Source of the DNA: Butyrivibrio sp. WCD3002
GTDB lineage: Bacteria > Bacillota > Clostridia > Lachnospirales > Lachnospiraceae
Length of the DNA stretch: 24,000 bases
NCBI RefSeq assembly: GCF_000424265.1
Contig: NZ_AUJO01000002.1
Coordinates: 21,289-45,288, forward strand
Reading direction: 5' to 3'
Below, piece after piece: positions 23,956-24,000 of this stretch. Made by a program: the position numbers and the translations under genes. Below the pieces are notes generated by a model. That model searched no databases. It was not told where the DNA came from and was given only the letters and a program-made list of their open reading frames with translations. Position 1 is the first letter of the stretch, and every line of letters begins with the position of its first letter.

Positions 23956-24000
23956 CGAATTTAACAAGGAAGCTCTGCTCTCGCTACGCTCGCCAGAGCA

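Noticed and set aside
23956-24000. Possible 3' end of a minus-strand CDS (...ALASVARAELPC, stop at 23961-23963) and a GCTCTG...CAGAGC inverted repeat at the window edge
   Set aside because: Only about 13 codons are visible and the repeat is truncated by the window boundary. That is too little sequence to support a call.

Overview
The window looks like a low-GC Firmicutes (Clostridia/Lachnospiraceae-like) chromosome; this is inferred from gene content only. Positions 1-6.5 kb carry two tightly packed minus-strand core operons. One is a MoxR ATPase, a DUF58 protein and a polytopic membrane protein. The other is the stp-prkC-rsgA cluster (PP2C phosphatase, PASTA Ser/Thr kinase, GTPase). Positions 6.6-7.9 kb encode a secreted protein of unknown function. 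Positions 8018-15826 look like a ~7.8 kb integrative element inserted in the 3' end of a minus-strand tRNA-Met(CAU). It is bounded by a perfect 20-nt direct repeat and has a tyrosine integrase next to the tRNA. Tandem TGTATTCAA repeats lie just inside both ends, and a 10-bp inverted repeat is split between the two ends. The element has no recognisable repressor, excisionase, replication, relaxase or virion genes. Its cargo includes: (a) a secreted Big_2/Cys-knuckle/papain-fold cell-wall hydrolase cassette flanked by perfect 37-bp inverted repeats built from TATGACA half-sites; (b) a possible PBECR-type nuclease-fold protein; (c) an ~830-bp non-coding stretch with a near-consensus promoter, a cluster of ACTTAGAGT iteron-like repeats and several perfect hairpins; (d) a tight three-gene module of a DUF5688-like protein, a ClpX-like AAA+ unfoldase and a 118-aa unknown. 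The ClpX-like protein lacks the Zn-binding domain but keeps the IGF ClpP-docking tripeptide, and it is interrupted by a single in-frame TGA. This module is the best candidate for an undescribed system. Right of the tRNA lie a decayed alpha/beta-hydrolase remnant and two very large secreted surface proteins: one is BspA-type LRR + class-3 lipase + Big_2, the other is beta-helix + Listeria-Bacteroides repeat + LRR. No CRISPR array or rRNA was seen. All functional calls rest on motif recognition by eye, with no database search.
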